From: an uncultured virus (IMG/VR IMGVR_UViG_3300041411_000304)
Taxonomy: Duplodnaviria > Heunggongvirae > Uroviricota > Caudoviricetes
DNA length: 64,000 nt
Strand: one strand, 5' to 3'
IMG/VR virus record: IMGVR_UViG_3300041411_000304
Shown: piece after piece, positions 37,490-47,949 of the stretch
How positions within the stretch are numbered: position 1 is the first letter of the stretch
Layout of the letters: each line of letters starts with the position of its first letter
Translations under genes and position numbers: made by a program
The notes under the pieces: generated by a model
The model's input: the letters and a program-made list of their open reading frames with translations, nothing else
The model's database searches: none
What the model was told of the DNA's origin: nothing

Positions 37490-37900
37490 AGTTGTCTGCT
37501 TGGCATTCGTTGTGACGTTGTTCTAGTGTTAAGAGTTATCGGATAACTTCCCAGGAGGTTATCCGATAATTTATCCGATAAGTTTGCACACCTAGTGCCG
37601 CGTGCGTTTGCTGGGAAGTTATCGGATAATCGGATAGAGTTGCAATTTTCGCAAGCTTTACGGAAATATATAAGACTCTTCCATTTAGTGTACTAGTCCT
37701 GAAATATTTCTCCTAACGTATTCAAATGCAATATCTATCCGATTATCCGGGAAGTATTAGCGATTGAATCGCAGACCCCTTGCGGCAGTAAGGCCGAACA
37801 CAACTCCAGACCCATCGCATGGACTTCCCGGATAGCTTGCGGCAAATTATCCGATAACTTCGCCACTCTTCCCGTCCAATACACGACGCGCGGCAATGCC
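37490..37900. other. putative replication origin / cis element, copy 2
   Basis: Same iterons as 15050-15620; 16-bp inverted repeat 37623-37638/37734-37749. Confidence 0.55.
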
Positions 37901-37978
37901 CCTCTATATTACACTTGCCCTCACACTTGGCGCGGCGGTATAATGCCAACCATCTTTCGTATTATCTGAATAACACCG

Positions 37979-39412
37979 ATGCCAAGATCAGCGCGAAGAA
38001 TCGACGAAAATGGGTACATGACAGTACGTGCATGTCCAATATCGTCTTTTGGCATATTCGATTATTCGGCAGGCCAACTTGGCTTGCCTGGTGATCCTAA
38101 TCGCATAGTCAAAGTCTTCCGCCCGGAGTCTGCCGTCAGCAGCCTTGAGGCCATCGAGTCGTTCAAAGATATCCCTCTCATCAATGACCATGAAATGCTT
38201 TCCGGGTTCGATGGTGATGACGAGAACACCGCCCCGGAAGAATACGGCGTTGACGGTGTAATGACCGGCAATGTGTACTATGAGGCGCCGTGGATGCGCG
38301 GCGACCTCAAGGTGTTCAGTCGTTCGATGCAGCAGGCCCTTCGCAAAGGCAAAAAATGCCTTTCCCTTGGGTATGATTGCGACTTCGAAGAGGCCCCAGG
38401 CACTTGGCAAGGGCAAGCCTATGAGCTGGTCCAAGTCAACATGCGCGGAAACCACATTGCACTCGTTGATGACGGGCGCGTGCCGGGCGCGCGAGTGCTC
38501 GATGGTCGTTGCTTCGACCACATGAGCTTCACCTTCAAACCATCCGATGAGGACGACACCATGCCGAAAGGTATCAAGGCGATGGACAAAGCGGCTCGTG
38601 ACTCTGCCGTGGACGACCTTCGCAAGCTGATCCCGGCCCTCACTTCCGCCCTGGAAAAATTCCTGGCTGAAGAGGCCCAAGAACCGCAGCACGAAGGTGG
38701 CGAACAACCCGCTGCCGACCCCGCTGCCGACCCCGCTGCCGAGCCGGAAGAAGGCACCCCGGAGGCCATCGCCCAGCCGGAGCAGGACGTTGATCCCGCT
38801 GCCGACCCGGCTGCCGAACCTGCTGCCGACCCGGCTGCCGAACCCGCTGCCGAGGGCAACAGCCTGGAAGAGCTGATTGGCGCCGCTCGCGACCTGTTGG
38901 CCCGTCTGGAGGCCGCTGCTGGCGGCGAGCAACCGCAACCGGAAAGCGAGGCACCGGCACAGGATGAAGTCGAAGCCAACGAGGTCAAAGACACCGTTGA
39001 GGGCCTCCAAGCTCAAGACCCGGTTGAGGGCGCCCAAGTCGCCACCGACGAAGACCCCATGGCCGCTGCCGTCGACAACGAAGAGCCTGCCGTCCCAGCC
39101 CAAAAGGCTCAAGACGCTGCGCTTCGCCATTTCTACGCTGATGCTGCTGCTAAGGATAGCCTCTACAAGCGTGTTAGTCCCCTGGTTGGTGCATTTGATC
39201 ACCGAGCTATGGACGCGCGTGCGGTCAGCGTTTACGGCGTGAAGAAACTCGGCATCAAGTGTGCCGATGGCCAAGAAATGGTCGTTCTCGATGCCTACCT
39301 GTCGGGCATCGAAATGGCAAACAAGGCAGCCAAAACTGCTCCGCAAAAACGTGCCCAGGATGCCGCTCCGAAGTGCGATGAACTGGAAGACTACCTGAAG
39401 GGGAGTATTTAA
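37979..39412 (+). CDS. DUF2213 prohead protease/scaffold
   Basis: VFRP, LSLGY, GNHIALVDDGR; acidic PAAD/E repeats. Confidence 0.85.
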   Translation: MPRSARRIDENGYMTVRACPISSFGIFDYSAGQLGLPGDPNRIVKVFRPESAVSSLEAIESFKDIPLINDHEMLSGFDGDDENTAPEEYGVDGVMTGNVYYEAPWMRGDLKVFSRSMQQALRKGKKCLSLGYDCDFEEAPGTWQGQAYELVQVNMRGNHIALVDDGRVPGARVLDGRCFDHMSFTFKPSDEDDTMPKGIKAMDKAARDSAVDDLRKLIPALTSALEKFLAEEAQEPQHEGGEQPAADPAADPAAEPEEGTPEAIAQPEQDVDPAADPAAEPAADPAAEPAAEGNSLEELIGAARDLLARLEAAAGGEQPQPESEAPAQDEVEANEVKDTVEGLQAQDPVEGAQVATDEDPMAAAVDNEEPAVPAQKAQDAALRHFYADAAAKDSLYKRVSPLVGAFDHRAMDARAVSVYGVKKLGIKCADGQEMVVLDAYLSGIEMANKAAKTAPQKRAQDAAPKCDELEDYLKGSI

Positions 39413-39414
39413 CT

Positions 39415-40044
39415 ATGTTCCAGAAAACCGTTAACCGCCAGTTCACCACTGGCTTTCCCGGCGAGCTGATCGAAGACGGCCCGAAACGTGCCCGCACGGC
39501 GCGCATCATGCCGCTGAGTCCTGCTGCTGCAACCCAGGGCGACAACACCATCAGCCGCGCCTTCGGTTTCGGTGGCGATGCTGGCGACGTCGGCCTGGCC
39601 ACCTCCATCACCCAGGCCGCTCGCGTGTCCGAGGTCGTTGTTGGTGGCGCCGAATTCTTCGGCATCCTCGGCCATCCGAAGCACCACGCTCTGTTCGGCT
39701 CTGCCGGCGACTCCCTGGCCGCTTCCTACAACCTGCCTGACGGTGCTGAAGGCGAGTTCTTCGACATGGCCACCGGCCTGGTCGTTGAGCTGTTCAACTT
39801 CACCGCTGCTCCGGTGGACGTCGGCTTTGGCTGGCAACTGGCCTACGTCACCAACGCTGCCACCGCGCTGGAGAACGCCAACGACGTCCCGGCTGGCGGC
39901 CTGATCGCCCTGGCACCCGGCGCGGCTGCCCCTGCCGGCACCAAAATCATCCCCAACGCGCGCGTTGTGAACACCATCTCGCTGGTAGCGTCCGCCCCTG
40001 ACGCCCCGGTTGCCGGTGTTACCATCGTCCAGCTGACTCAGTAA
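39415..40044 (+). CDS. head decoration protein
   Basis: MFQKTVN start; position between scaffold and MCP. Confidence 0.7.
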   Translation: MFQKTVNRQFTTGFPGELIEDGPKRARTARIMPLSPAAATQGDNTISRAFGFGGDAGDVGLATSITQAARVSEVVVGGAEFFGILGHPKHHALFGSAGDSLAASYNLPDGAEGEFFDMATGLVVELFNFTAAPVDVGFGWQLAYVTNAATALENANDVPAGGLIALAPGAAAPAGTKIIPNARVVNTISLVASAPDAPVAGVTIVQLTQ

Positions 40045-40055
40045 GGAGCGCCTAA

Positions 40056-41207
40056 ATGAGCGTTGCATCCATCAGCCGCACCCACGCACGGATTCGCGGT
40101 CGCAAGGCCCGTCCGTATGACATGAAGCAGGTCACCGACGCTGCCGTCAAGGGCCTTGCCAAACTCGGCATGATCTTCGACCACGCTACCGTGTCCGATC
40201 AGATCGTGGCCCTGAACAAAGCCGGCGCTTTCCGCCAGTCTGGCGTAATGGACTCCGCGTTCACCGCCCCGGCCACCTCGCCGTCCATTCCGACCCCCAT
40301 CCAGTTCCTCCAGACCTGGCTGCCGGGCTTCGTGAAGATCATGACCGCTGCCCGCAAGATCGATGAGATCGTGGGCATCAACACTGTCGGCTCCTGGGAA
40401 GACCAGGAAATCGTGCAGGGTGTTGTGGAGCCGTCGGGAACCGCGACCGAGTATGGCGACTACACCAACATTCCGCTGACCAGCTGGAACGCCAACTTTG
40501 AGCGCCGCACCATCGTGCGCGGTGAACTCGGCATGTCCGTTGGCACCCTGGAAGAAGGTCGCGCCTCTGCCATCCGCCTGAACTCCGCTGAAACCAAGCG
40601 TCAGCAGGCGGCCATCGGCCTGGAAATCTTCCGGAACGCCGTGGGCTTCTTCGGCTGGCAGAACGGTCTGGGCAATCGCACTTTCGGCTTCCTGAACGAT
40701 CCGAACCTGCCGGCCTTCCAGACCGCTCCGAGTGGCGGCTGGGCCAACGACTTCCAGGCCATCATTGGCGACTTCCGCGAAGGCATCCGCCGTCTGCGCG
40801 TCCAGTCCCAGGACATGGTCGATCCGCAGGCCGTTGAGATCACCGTCGCGCTGCCGACCAGCAAGGTTGACCTGCTGTCGGTGACCACCGACTTCGGCAT
40901 CAGCGTGATGGACTGGTTGAAGCAGACCTATCCCAAGCTGCGTGTCGTATCCGCCCCGGAACTCTCAGGTGTACAGATGGACGGTGCCGAAGCGCTGGAC
41001 GCCATGTACTTCTTCGCAGAAGACATCGACAGCTCCGTCGACGGCTCCACCGATGGCGGTGACGTGTTTGCTCAGCTGGTACAGAGCAAGTTCATCACCC
41101 TGGGCGTTGAGAAGCGCGCCAAGTCCTACATCGAGGACTTCAGCAACGGCACCGCTGGTGTGCTCTGCAAGCGTCCGTGGGCTGTGGTGCGCTTCATCGG
41201 CATCTAA
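40056..41207 (+). CDS. major capsid protein
   Basis: 383 aa; [27 protein letters not shown]; terminator follows. Confidence 0.9.
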   Translation: MSVASISRTHARIRGRKARPYDMKQVTDAAVKGLAKLGMIFDHATVSDQIVALNKAGAFRQSGVMDSAFTAPATSPSIPTPIQFLQTWLPGFVKIMTAARKIDEIVGINTVGSWEDQEIVQGVVEPSGTATEYGDYTNIPLTSWNANFERRTIVRGELGMSVGTLEEGRASAIRLNSAETKRQQAAIGLEIFRNAVGFFGWQNGLGNRTFGFLNDPNLPAFQTAPSGGWANDFQAIIGDFREGIRRLRVQSQDMVDPQAVEITVALPTSKVDLLSVTTDFGISVMDWLKQTYPKLRVVSAPELSGVQMDGAEALDAMYFFAEDIDSSVDGSTDGGDVFAQLVQSKFITLGVEKRAKSYIEDFSNGTAGVLCKRPWAVVRFIGI

Positions 41208-41225
41208 GCCTTCTGGCGTTGAACC

Positions 41226-41254
41226 GAAACGGGCGGAACTTCCGCCCGTTTCTC
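41226..41254 (+). terminator. rho-independent terminator after MCP
   Basis: GAAACGGGCGG-AACTT-CCGCCCGTTTC. Confidence 0.75.
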
Positions 41255-41314
41255 TATCCCGACTCTGAGTGTGCTGTAGGGGCCTCCAGGGCGTAATTAT
41301 TAGGACTACAAACC

Positions 41315-41752
41315 ATGACTGTATACGTTATTTCGACCATGACCCAGAACGTGTCCTACAACCTGTATGACACCACCAAACGCGACCAACCCATCTTCCT
41401 CAAAGGCATCCTCATTCGTGGCGGCGCCGGCATCAACTCGGCCCGTTCCGGCTTCGGTGAGATGCAGAGCGATGCCGAAGGCCGACCGATCTGGACTGCC
41501 GAAGGTTTCGTCACCCCGATCAGCGAGGCTGATTGGGAAATCCTCAAAGAGAACAAGGTGTTCAAGAAGCACATGGATGCCGGCTACATCAAGACGACCA
41601 AGTCGGATATCGTCGGCAACCACCGCGCCGTCCAGAAGGAATCGCGAGGCATGCAACGTGACGGCTTCCAGCCGCTCAACAAGGATACCATCAAGCAGAA
41701 GGTGAAGGTGTCCACCAGCTTCGCTCCGCAAGAGTCGGAATTCCGCCTGTAA
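41315..41752 (+). CDS. virion-associated protein
   Basis: Position after MCP. Confidence 0.65.
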   Translation: MTVYVISTMTQNVSYNLYDTTKRDQPIFLKGILIRGGAGINSARSGFGEMQSDAEGRPIWTAEGFVTPISEADWEILKENKVFKKHMDAGYIKTTKSDIVGNHRAVQKESRGMQRDGFQPLNKDTIKQKVKVSTSFAPQESEFRL

Positions 41753-41767
41753 CAAACGAGGTCCGAT

Positions 41768-42235
41768 ATGGTCACGCTTGACATTGCTAAATTCCGCGTA
41801 CTCTTCCCGGCTTACAAAGACCCGGTGGCGTATCCGGATTTGATGATAGAAATGTATTGGGAGCTTGCTACCCAGTTCATTTCTGCTGACGATTGCCCAT
41901 ATCGGACCTTGAGCGGAAAAGTCCTTGAGACTTGCCTTTACTACTTGACCGCGCACCTTTTGGCCCTCGGCACCATGCAAACCGCTGGCGCTGGCGGCCA
42001 GGGCCAATCGGCTGGTGGCGTTCAAGGCGGTTTCATCACCTCCGCGACCGTGGGCGAGGTCAGCGTGGCCAAATTGGCACCTCCGGCCACCAACGGCTGG
42101 CAGTGGTGGTTGGCCAGCACGCCCTATGGCCAGGCCCTCTGGGCGCTGCTAAGCGTGAAGGCTGTGGGCGGATTTGCCATCGGCGGACTCCCGGAGCGTG
42201 AAGGCTTCCGGAAAGTCGGGGGAGTATTCTTTTGA
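41768..42235 (+). CDS. head-tail adaptor (DUF4054-like)
   Basis: FRVLFPAY, TAHLL, VGEVSV, STPYGQ. Confidence 0.8.
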   Translation: MVTLDIAKFRVLFPAYKDPVAYPDLMIEMYWELATQFISADDCPYRTLSGKVLETCLYYLTAHLLALGTMQTAGAGGQGQSAGGVQGGFITSATVGEVSVAKLAPPATNGWQWWLASTPYGQALWALLSVKAVGGFAIGGLPEREGFRKVGGVFF

Positions 42236-42654
42236 TACCGGGCGTCAACCTCCTTTCCCTGGCCTTCAGTGTGGTCGGCACCTCCCTGGTGCCGTATCGC
42301 AAGGCCGATGGCCGAACCCAGAACGAGCTGCGCCAGTTCGTGTCCTCTTATGGCGTACCGTTCCACGTCAACGCCTCGGTGCAATCGGTCAAGCAATCGG
42401 TCTATCGCCAATTCAACCTGGACTGGCAGAAGCAATATGTCAGGATTTTCGTATCTCTGGACGTCATAGACCTGGAGCGCGACAACCACGGCGACCAGTT
42501 CATCTGGGGCGGCCAAACGTTCCAGCTACAAGATCGCAATACCTGGTTTATCCAAGATGGATGGTGTGGCGCGCTTGCCGTCGCCATCGGCCCGGCTCAG
42601 TTCGAAGTTCCGGCCCCGGCCCCGGACGAAGGTGAAGGCGATGAAGGACAATGA
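42232..42654 (+). CDS. head closure/neck protein
   Basis: ASVQ, GDQFIWGG; synteny. Confidence 0.65.
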   Translation: MIPGVNLLSLAFSVVGTSLVPYRKADGRTQNELRQFVSSYGVPFHVNASVQSVKQSVYRQFNLDWQKQYVRIFVSLDVIDLERDNHGDQFIWGGQTFQLQDRNTWFIQDGWCGALAVAIGPAQFEVPAPAPDEGEGDEGQ

Positions 42655-43180
42655 CCTGCTGATCTTCGTCGGCAATATGATCGAGGAAGGTCTGGCCCAC
42701 TGGAACGTCGCGGCTGAGATCATCCAAAAGCCTCTCCCGGACCAGCAGGGCACGCCAAGCGCGCCAACGGTATTTTTCGAGCGCATGTTTGACCTTCACC
42801 ACGGCTCGCCGCAAGTCGGTCTTTCGCACATCACTCCGGCCCGCGAGTTCAAAGAAAGCGAACGTCAGGTGGTCAACACCGTCATCCAGATCAGTTGCCG
42901 ATATCGCCAAGACCCGCTGGTCACGTCAACTCCGACCGCGCCGGATTTGGCAAACATGATGAAGATGTTTTTGCAATCCCGCTATTCCATTGCCAAGTTC
43001 AAGGCAGTCGAAGTCGCGATGCTGCGTGTGACTGACGTTCGCAACGACAAGTTCGAAAATGATCTGCACCAGTTCGAATCCTTCCCAAGTTTCGATATCA
43101 CTCTGATCCACAACCGAGTCTTCGAATTCACCACACCTGCTGCATATAGCGCTGAGGAAGAGTTCATCACAGGAGTTTGA
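42641..43180 (+). CDS. neck/tail terminator-like protein
   Basis: MKDNDL start; synteny. Confidence 0.6.
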   Translation: MKDNDLLIFVGNMIEEGLAHWNVAAEIIQKPLPDQQGTPSAPTVFFERMFDLHHGSPQVGLSHITPAREFKESERQVVNTVIQISCRYRQDPLVTSTPTAPDLANMMKMFLQSRYSIAKFKAVEVAMLRVTDVRNDKFENDLHQFESFPSFDITLIHNRVFEFTTPAAYSAEEEFITGV

Positions 43181-43181
43181 C

Positions 43182-43751
43182 ATGGCCGGCTCCAAGATGA
43201 TTGAGGAACATATAAAGAACCTCAAACAACTCAAAGGCAAACAGGTGGAGGCTGGCTGGTTCGAAACGGCCCGCTATCCTGCCGCAGAAGGCAAGGAAGG
43301 TATCCAGGTTGCTCGCGTTGCCCGTATCCAAGAGTATGGTGGAACTATCGACCATCCGGGCGGGACAAAGTATATTACGGACGCGGCAACCAAAGATCGA
43401 TTCCTTGGCACTCGATTCGTCAGAAACGATTTCGAGGGCGATCACGAAGTCACCAAGCCGCACAAGATTGAGATTCCAGCGCGGCCGTTCATGCGGCTTG
43501 CCTGGTTGATGTTCCTTCAACAAAGGAGCAGCATTCAGAAGGCGATAGCAAATAAGATGGCCAAGGGTGAGATATCCGCCGAAGAGGGCCTGGCTCAAAT
43601 CGGGATGGCATTGGAGAATTGCATCGCACAGAGCATCAAAAATGGAAATTGGCAGACAAACGCGCCGTCCACAGTTAGAAAGAAAGGCTTTAACAAGCCT
43701 CTGATTGATTCGGCGCATATGCTCCAGTCCATAAGCAGCAAAGTCACTTAA
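43182..43751 (+). CDS. tail completion/neck protein
   Basis: QEYGG, IPARPFMR, NAPST..KKGFNKPLIDS. Confidence 0.7.
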   Translation: MAGSKMIEEHIKNLKQLKGKQVEAGWFETARYPAAEGKEGIQVARVARIQEYGGTIDHPGGTKYITDAATKDRFLGTRFVRNDFEGDHEVTKPHKIEIPARPFMRLAWLMFLQQRSSIQKAIANKMAKGEISAEEGLAQIGMALENCIAQSIKNGNWQTNAPSTVRKKGFNKPLIDSAHMLQSISSKVT

Positions 43752-43765
43752 CAGGAGACTCCAAA

Positions 43766-45286
43766 GTGATCAGTCAAAAACGCTATGTAAACATCGTCTC
43801 TGGCGTAGGCGCCGGTGCTGCGGTGGCGGAGCGCAAACTCATTCTCCGCATCATCACCCAGAACCCGCTCCTCACCCCTGGCGTCATTGCCGAATTCGGC
43901 ACCGCTGATGTAGTCGGCCAGTTCTTCGGCTTCAACTCCGAAGAGTACAAGCGCGCCCTGCCCTACTTCGGCTTCATCAACAAGAACATCCAGGCTCCGA
44001 GCGTCATCAGCTTCGCGCGCTGGGTCAACTCGGCGGTGCCGTCGATGCTCGTTGGCGACAGCCAACCGAAGAACATTGCCAGCTTCACCCCGGTGACCAC
44101 CGGCTCGCTGACAGTCAACCTTGGCGCCGTCACCAAGAAGTTCACCGCCATCGACCTGTCGGCCTCCACCGACCTCACCGACGTCGCGGCTGACCTCCAG
44201 GCAATCATTGTCGCTGACACCGATTTCGCTGGTGTGACCGTCACCTATTCGACCAACACCAACGTCTTCACCCTCACCGGCCCCGGCGCCGGCCCCGGCT
44301 CTGCGGCCATCTCCGTCACCCCGACTGGCGAGGCCACCGACATCTCGGCCCTGCTGGGCTGGGGCACCTCCGGTTCCGTCCTGGTAGTCGGCCAAAACGC
44401 TGATACTCCGGACGTCGCCGTGGCCAAGTCCGCCGCCGTCTCCAACAACTTCGGCTCCTTCGTCTTCACCAACGCCGAAGGCCGACTGGCCAACGCCGAC
44501 GTGACGAAGGTTGCGGAGTGGAACGACACGCAGAACAACATGTACATCTACAGCGTGCCGACCCCGCTGGCGAACGCCTCTGCGTTGTTCGATCTGGTCA
44601 AGGGCCTGAGTGGCTGCGCGCTCAACATCCTATCCACCACTCAGCTCAACGACTATGTTGAGCAGATTCCGTGCGAGATTCTGGCCGCGACCAACTTCAA
44701 CCAGCCGGCAGCGAACCAGAACTACATGTTTTATGAATTCGACCAGCGCAACGTGACGGTCAGCGACGACCCGACCGCCGACCTGGCCGACTCCCTGCGC
44801 TGCAACTACATCGGTGTGACCCAGAACGCTGGCCAAAGCCTGGCATTCTACCAGCGCGGCATCCTGTGCGGCGGCTCGCAAGATGCCGTTGACATGAACA
44901 TCTATGCCAACGAGATGTGGCTCAAGTCGACCCTGGCCAGCACCTTCCTGCGTCTGTTCCTGGCAGTCGGCGCGGTCCCGGCGAGCGCCCTGGGTGAAGC
45001 CCAGCTGCTGGCCGTCGTCCAGCCGGTCATCACCTCGGCTGTGAACAACGGAACCTTCAGCTATGGCAAGACTCTGGACGCCAGCCAGCAGCAATACATC
45101 AGCAACATCACCGGTGATATGAATGCTTGGCGTCAGGTCCAGACTCTCGGCTATTGGATTGACATCCGCTTCGAATCGTATGTCAACCAAAACACCGATC
45201 TGACCGAGTGGAAGGCGGTGTATCGCCTCGTCTACTCCAAGGGCGACGTCATCCGCTTCGTGGAAGGCTCTGACGTAATGGTATAA
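43766..45286 (+). CDS. contractile tail sheath (DUF3383-type)
   Basis: MISQKRYVNIVSGV, YANEMWLK, YSKGDVIR; 506 aa. Confidence 0.88.
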   Translation: MISQKRYVNIVSGVGAGAAVAERKLILRIITQNPLLTPGVIAEFGTADVVGQFFGFNSEEYKRALPYFGFINKNIQAPSVISFARWVNSAVPSMLVGDSQPKNIASFTPVTTGSLTVNLGAVTKKFTAIDLSASTDLTDVAADLQAIIVADTDFAGVTVTYSTNTNVFTLTGPGAGPGSAAISVTPTGEATDISALLGWGTSGSVLVVGQNADTPDVAVAKSAAVSNNFGSFVFTNAEGRLANADVTKVAEWNDTQNNMYIYSVPTPLANASALFDLVKGLSGCALNILSTTQLNDYVEQIPCEILAATNFNQPAANQNYMFYEFDQRNVTVSDDPTADLADSLRCNYIGVTQNAGQSLAFYQRGILCGGSQDAVDMNIYANEMWLKSTLASTFLRLFLAVGAVPASALGEAQLLAVVQPVITSAVNNGTFSYGKTLDASQQQYISNITGDMNAWRQVQTLGYWIDIRFESYVNQNTDLTEWKAVYRLVYSKGDVIRFVEGSDVMV

Positions 45287-45352
45287 GCCTGGCCGCCCGG
45301 TTGAATGGCCGGGCGGTTTTCGATACAATCAGGACTCCTTAGAGGACGCACC

Positions 45353-45796
45353 ATGATCAACATTTCCGGCTTCTCCCTTTCGGCCATTTGCGTGGCCAGC
45401 AACACATTCCCCAGCGGCGTCTCGCTGTCGGCCTTTGCCGATGATACCGACCCGATGGACTCTCCCGACTTCACCGCTGCCGACACCGCCATGGGCCTGA
45501 ACGGTGACCTGGTCGTGTGGACCCGTCCGGGCGGCATTGAGATGGTGTTTGGCATCATCCCGAACAGCGAAGACGACATCAACCTGGAGGCCCTGCTGAA
45601 TGCTAACCGCGTTGGCAAGTCCAAGTCCGGCTCCCAGGACATCATCAGCATCGTTCTGAACTATCCGAACGGCAAGAAGGTGACCGGCTCCAACGGCGTC
45701 ATCACCCAAGGCCCGCTGATGCCCTCGGTCGCCTCTTCCGGTCGCCTGAAGAGCCGTGTGTATCGCTTCCGCTTCGAAAGTGTGACCCAAGGCTAA
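45353..45796 (+). CDS. tail tube protein
   Basis: ISGF, FADDTDP, GLNGDLVVW; follows sheath. Confidence 0.8.
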   Translation: MINISGFSLSAICVASNTFPSGVSLSAFADDTDPMDSPDFTAADTAMGLNGDLVVWTRPGGIEMVFGIIPNSEDDINLEALLNANRVGKSKSGSQDIISIVLNYPNGKKVTGSNGVITQGPLMPSVASSGRLKSRVYRFRFESVTQG

Positions 45797-45798
45797 TC

Positions 45799-46116
45799 AT
45801 GTTCAGAATCCCACTAGCAGCGATTCCAAATCAGGCCATTTCGTTCAACGTTGACGGCGCATTCTGGTCGATCCATGTCTATCAAGCAATCGATCACATG
45901 TATGCCGACGTCAGCCGCAACGGCGAGGTGTTGATAACTGGAACTCGCTGTCTAGTGGGCGAGCCACTGATGCCTTATCAGTTCATGCACTTGCCGAACT
46001 ATGGCAACTTTCTATTTGATGCCGATCCGGACTGGACCAACTTTGGCGAGTCGTGCAACTTGTTGTATTTGACTCTTCCAGAGTACAAAGAATTCACCGG
46101 CTTGAGGGTGGCTTGA
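45799..46116 (+). CDS. baseplate-associated protein
   Basis: IPLAAIPNQ..., GNF.F, L.Y. Confidence 0.6.
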   Translation: MFRIPLAAIPNQAISFNVDGAFWSIHVYQAIDHMYADVSRNGEVLITGTRCLVGEPLMPYQFMHLPNYGNFLFDADPDWTNFGESCNLLYLTLPEYKEFTGLRVA

Positions 46117-46469
46117 TGACAACTTCCAGCCTTCGCACCAACATCAACAATGACCTGTTTCTGTTCGATGGCAGGAACTTGGAGTTGGTGAATAACATCG
46201 AAGCGTGCGCGCAAGACGTCCGCAGTCGCACTTTGATGCGCCTTGGCGAAGACATATATGACGTGACGGCAGGCGTCGGCTACTTCGAATTTGTATTCAC
46301 TCCGCAACAGAACTATGATGCGGCTCGCAAGAGCCTCATCGATGCCATATCCAGCAGCCCTGATGTCGTCAGCATTGACTCTCTGGATATTCAAGTTGGC
46401 AGCGGCATATTCAACTTCCAGGCCGTTGTCTCCACTCTCCACGGTAGAACAAGGGTGACAAACTCATGA
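46116..46469 (+). CDS. gp25-like baseplate/sheath initiator
   Basis: EACAQ...LGE..YD...GV.Y. Confidence 0.7.
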   Translation: MTTSSLRTNINNDLFLFDGRNLELVNNIEACAQDVRSRTLMRLGEDIYDVTAGVGYFEFVFTPQQNYDAARKSLIDAISSSPDVVSIDSLDIQVGSGIFNFQAVVSTLHGRTRVTNS

Positions 46470-46885
46470 AGACCAAACCGTATAACGTCCAATACGCCAA
46501 CGGCGTGATGCGCATCGACGGCAACCAACGCAGCCTCAAGCTGGACCCGCTGCCGAGCTTCGGGCCTTCGCCGGACCAGATGCCGCGCGGCCAGGAGCTG
46601 CCCGCCTCGCCGGACATTGACGCGACCGTCGCCCCGGACCTCGGCCTTGGCATCGATCACGGTCTGGCCGCGCCAATGTCCGCCCCGGTCGTTGAGCCGG
46701 CCCCGGTCGTTGAGCCGGCCCCGGTCGTTGAGCCGGCCCCGGTCGTTGAGCCTGCACCGGTCGTTGAGCCTGCACCGGTCGTTGAGCCTGCACCGGTCGT
46801 TGAGCCTGCACCGGTCGTTGAGCCTGCACCGGTAGTGGAAGAGCCTGCACCGGCCCCGGTCGCCAAAACCACCACCAAGAAGTAA
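46466..46885 (+). CDS. Pro-rich protein with nine APVVE(P) repeats
   Basis: ATGA overlap; 18-bp tandem repeat. Confidence 0.65.
   Translation: MKTKPYNVQYANGVMRIDGNQRSLKLDPLPSFGPSPDQMPRGQELPASPDIDATVAPDLGLGIDHGLAAPMSAPVVEPAPVVEPAPVVEPAPVVEPAPVVEPAPVVEPAPVVEPAPVVEPAPVVEEPAPAPVAKTTTKK
46682..46840 (+). repeat. 18-bp tandem repeat x9
   Basis: GC(C/A)CCGGTCGTTGAGCC(G/T). Confidence 0.95.
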
Positions 46886-46894
46886 GGTCGAAAG

Positions 46895-47395
46895 ATGGAA
46901 GACATCAGCGGGTTTGGAACAGAAATAATGATTTTGGCGCTGCAGTCCTTCCCTATGGGATTCAGCTTGTCCAAATTCGCTGATGACACCGACCCGATAA
47001 GCGCCAAGGAGATGGAGCCGTTTGGCTATGAACCGCTTTATGACGGCACCATCTTCACCTATGCCCAGGCAGCGCCAATCGAGGTCAGTGTATCCGTCAT
47101 TCCGAATAGCGACGAAGACATCAACCTGAAAATCCTCCTCGGCAACAAGAAGGGTGGCCTGTCCCTCTTCCCGTTTGAGGATATCACCACCATGGCAATC
47201 TCCTACCCTGATGGCGGTAGGACGATCCTAAGCCACGGCAGCATCCTGCGCGGCCCGGCCCTGGACTCGATTCAAAGCACCGGTCGCAGAAAGAGCAACA
47301 CCTACACGTTCGTGTTCGGCACCGTCACCGGCGCCCAATCGGCCAAGCAGCTGATTGCCGGTGGAATCCAATCGGCCTTGGGGTTCTTTGGTTGA
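46895..47395 (+). CDS. tail tube paralogue (tube initiator)
   Basis: ISGFG...FADDTDP...IPNSDEDINL shared with 45353-45796. Confidence 0.75.
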   Translation: MEDISGFGTEIMILALQSFPMGFSLSKFADDTDPISAKEMEPFGYEPLYDGTIFTYAQAAPIEVSVSVIPNSDEDINLKILLGNKKGGLSLFPFEDITTMAISYPDGGRTILSHGSILRGPALDSIQSTGRRKSNTYTFVFGTVTGAQSAKQLIAGGIQSALGFFG

Positions 47396-47949
47396 ACATA
47401 ATAGACCAACTCATTGGCACCAAGGCTTGTGAGTTCATCGATATGTCAACGGACATACCGGTCCTTCCGGACGTCCGCGTGGCCTCGGTGATGATGCGCC
47501 TGCAGTCCGACCCGATGCGCCACCACATGGAAGACGGGTCGCTGTTCATCGACACCAGGGTGCCGCGCCCGAACATCATGACCATCCAGATATTTTGCCC
47601 GAACCTGGACGCGGTCAACCAAGTCAACGCGGTGATGGCCAATCGACACTCTTTGTACACCATCAAGTCGCGCGGCCTTAGTTTTCGGTCGATGAAGCTG
47701 AACTCCATGGCACCGGAGCAAACGCCCAAGGTCTTGTCAGCGACCCCGATGACTTTGGAATTCAGGCAAATCATTGTCCAGAACGTTGCTCCGGTCCTAT
47801 TTCGCCAGGCCAGCGACTCCAAGTTGGTTGATCGCGGCATCTCCCTGATAGAAGACGCAAAAGAAAGCGTGCTTGGCGTTGTAGACTCCGTCAACAAGGC
47901 CGTTGGCCAGGCGACCGAGCGGGCCACGAACTTCATAGGCAACATATGA
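47392..47949 (+). CDS. baseplate tube-like protein
   Basis: HMEDGS; EQTPKVLSA shared with next gene. Confidence 0.65.
   Translation: MNIIDQLIGTKACEFIDMSTDIPVLPDVRVASVMMRLQSDPMRHHMEDGSLFIDTRVPRPNIMTIQIFCPNLDAVNQVNAVMANRHSLYTIKSRGLSFRSMKLNSMAPEQTPKVLSATPMTLEFRQIIVQNVAPVLFRQASDSKLVDRGISLIEDAKESVLGVVDSVNKAVGQATERATNFIGNI

Noticed and set aside
38708..38852. 12-bp CCCGCTGCCGA(C/A) repeats
   Set aside because: They encode the PAAD/E linker of the scaffold region; ordinary low complexity.
46682..46840. CRISPR-like repeat array
   Set aside because: Contiguous 18-bp units without spacers, in frame within a CDS; no cas genes.
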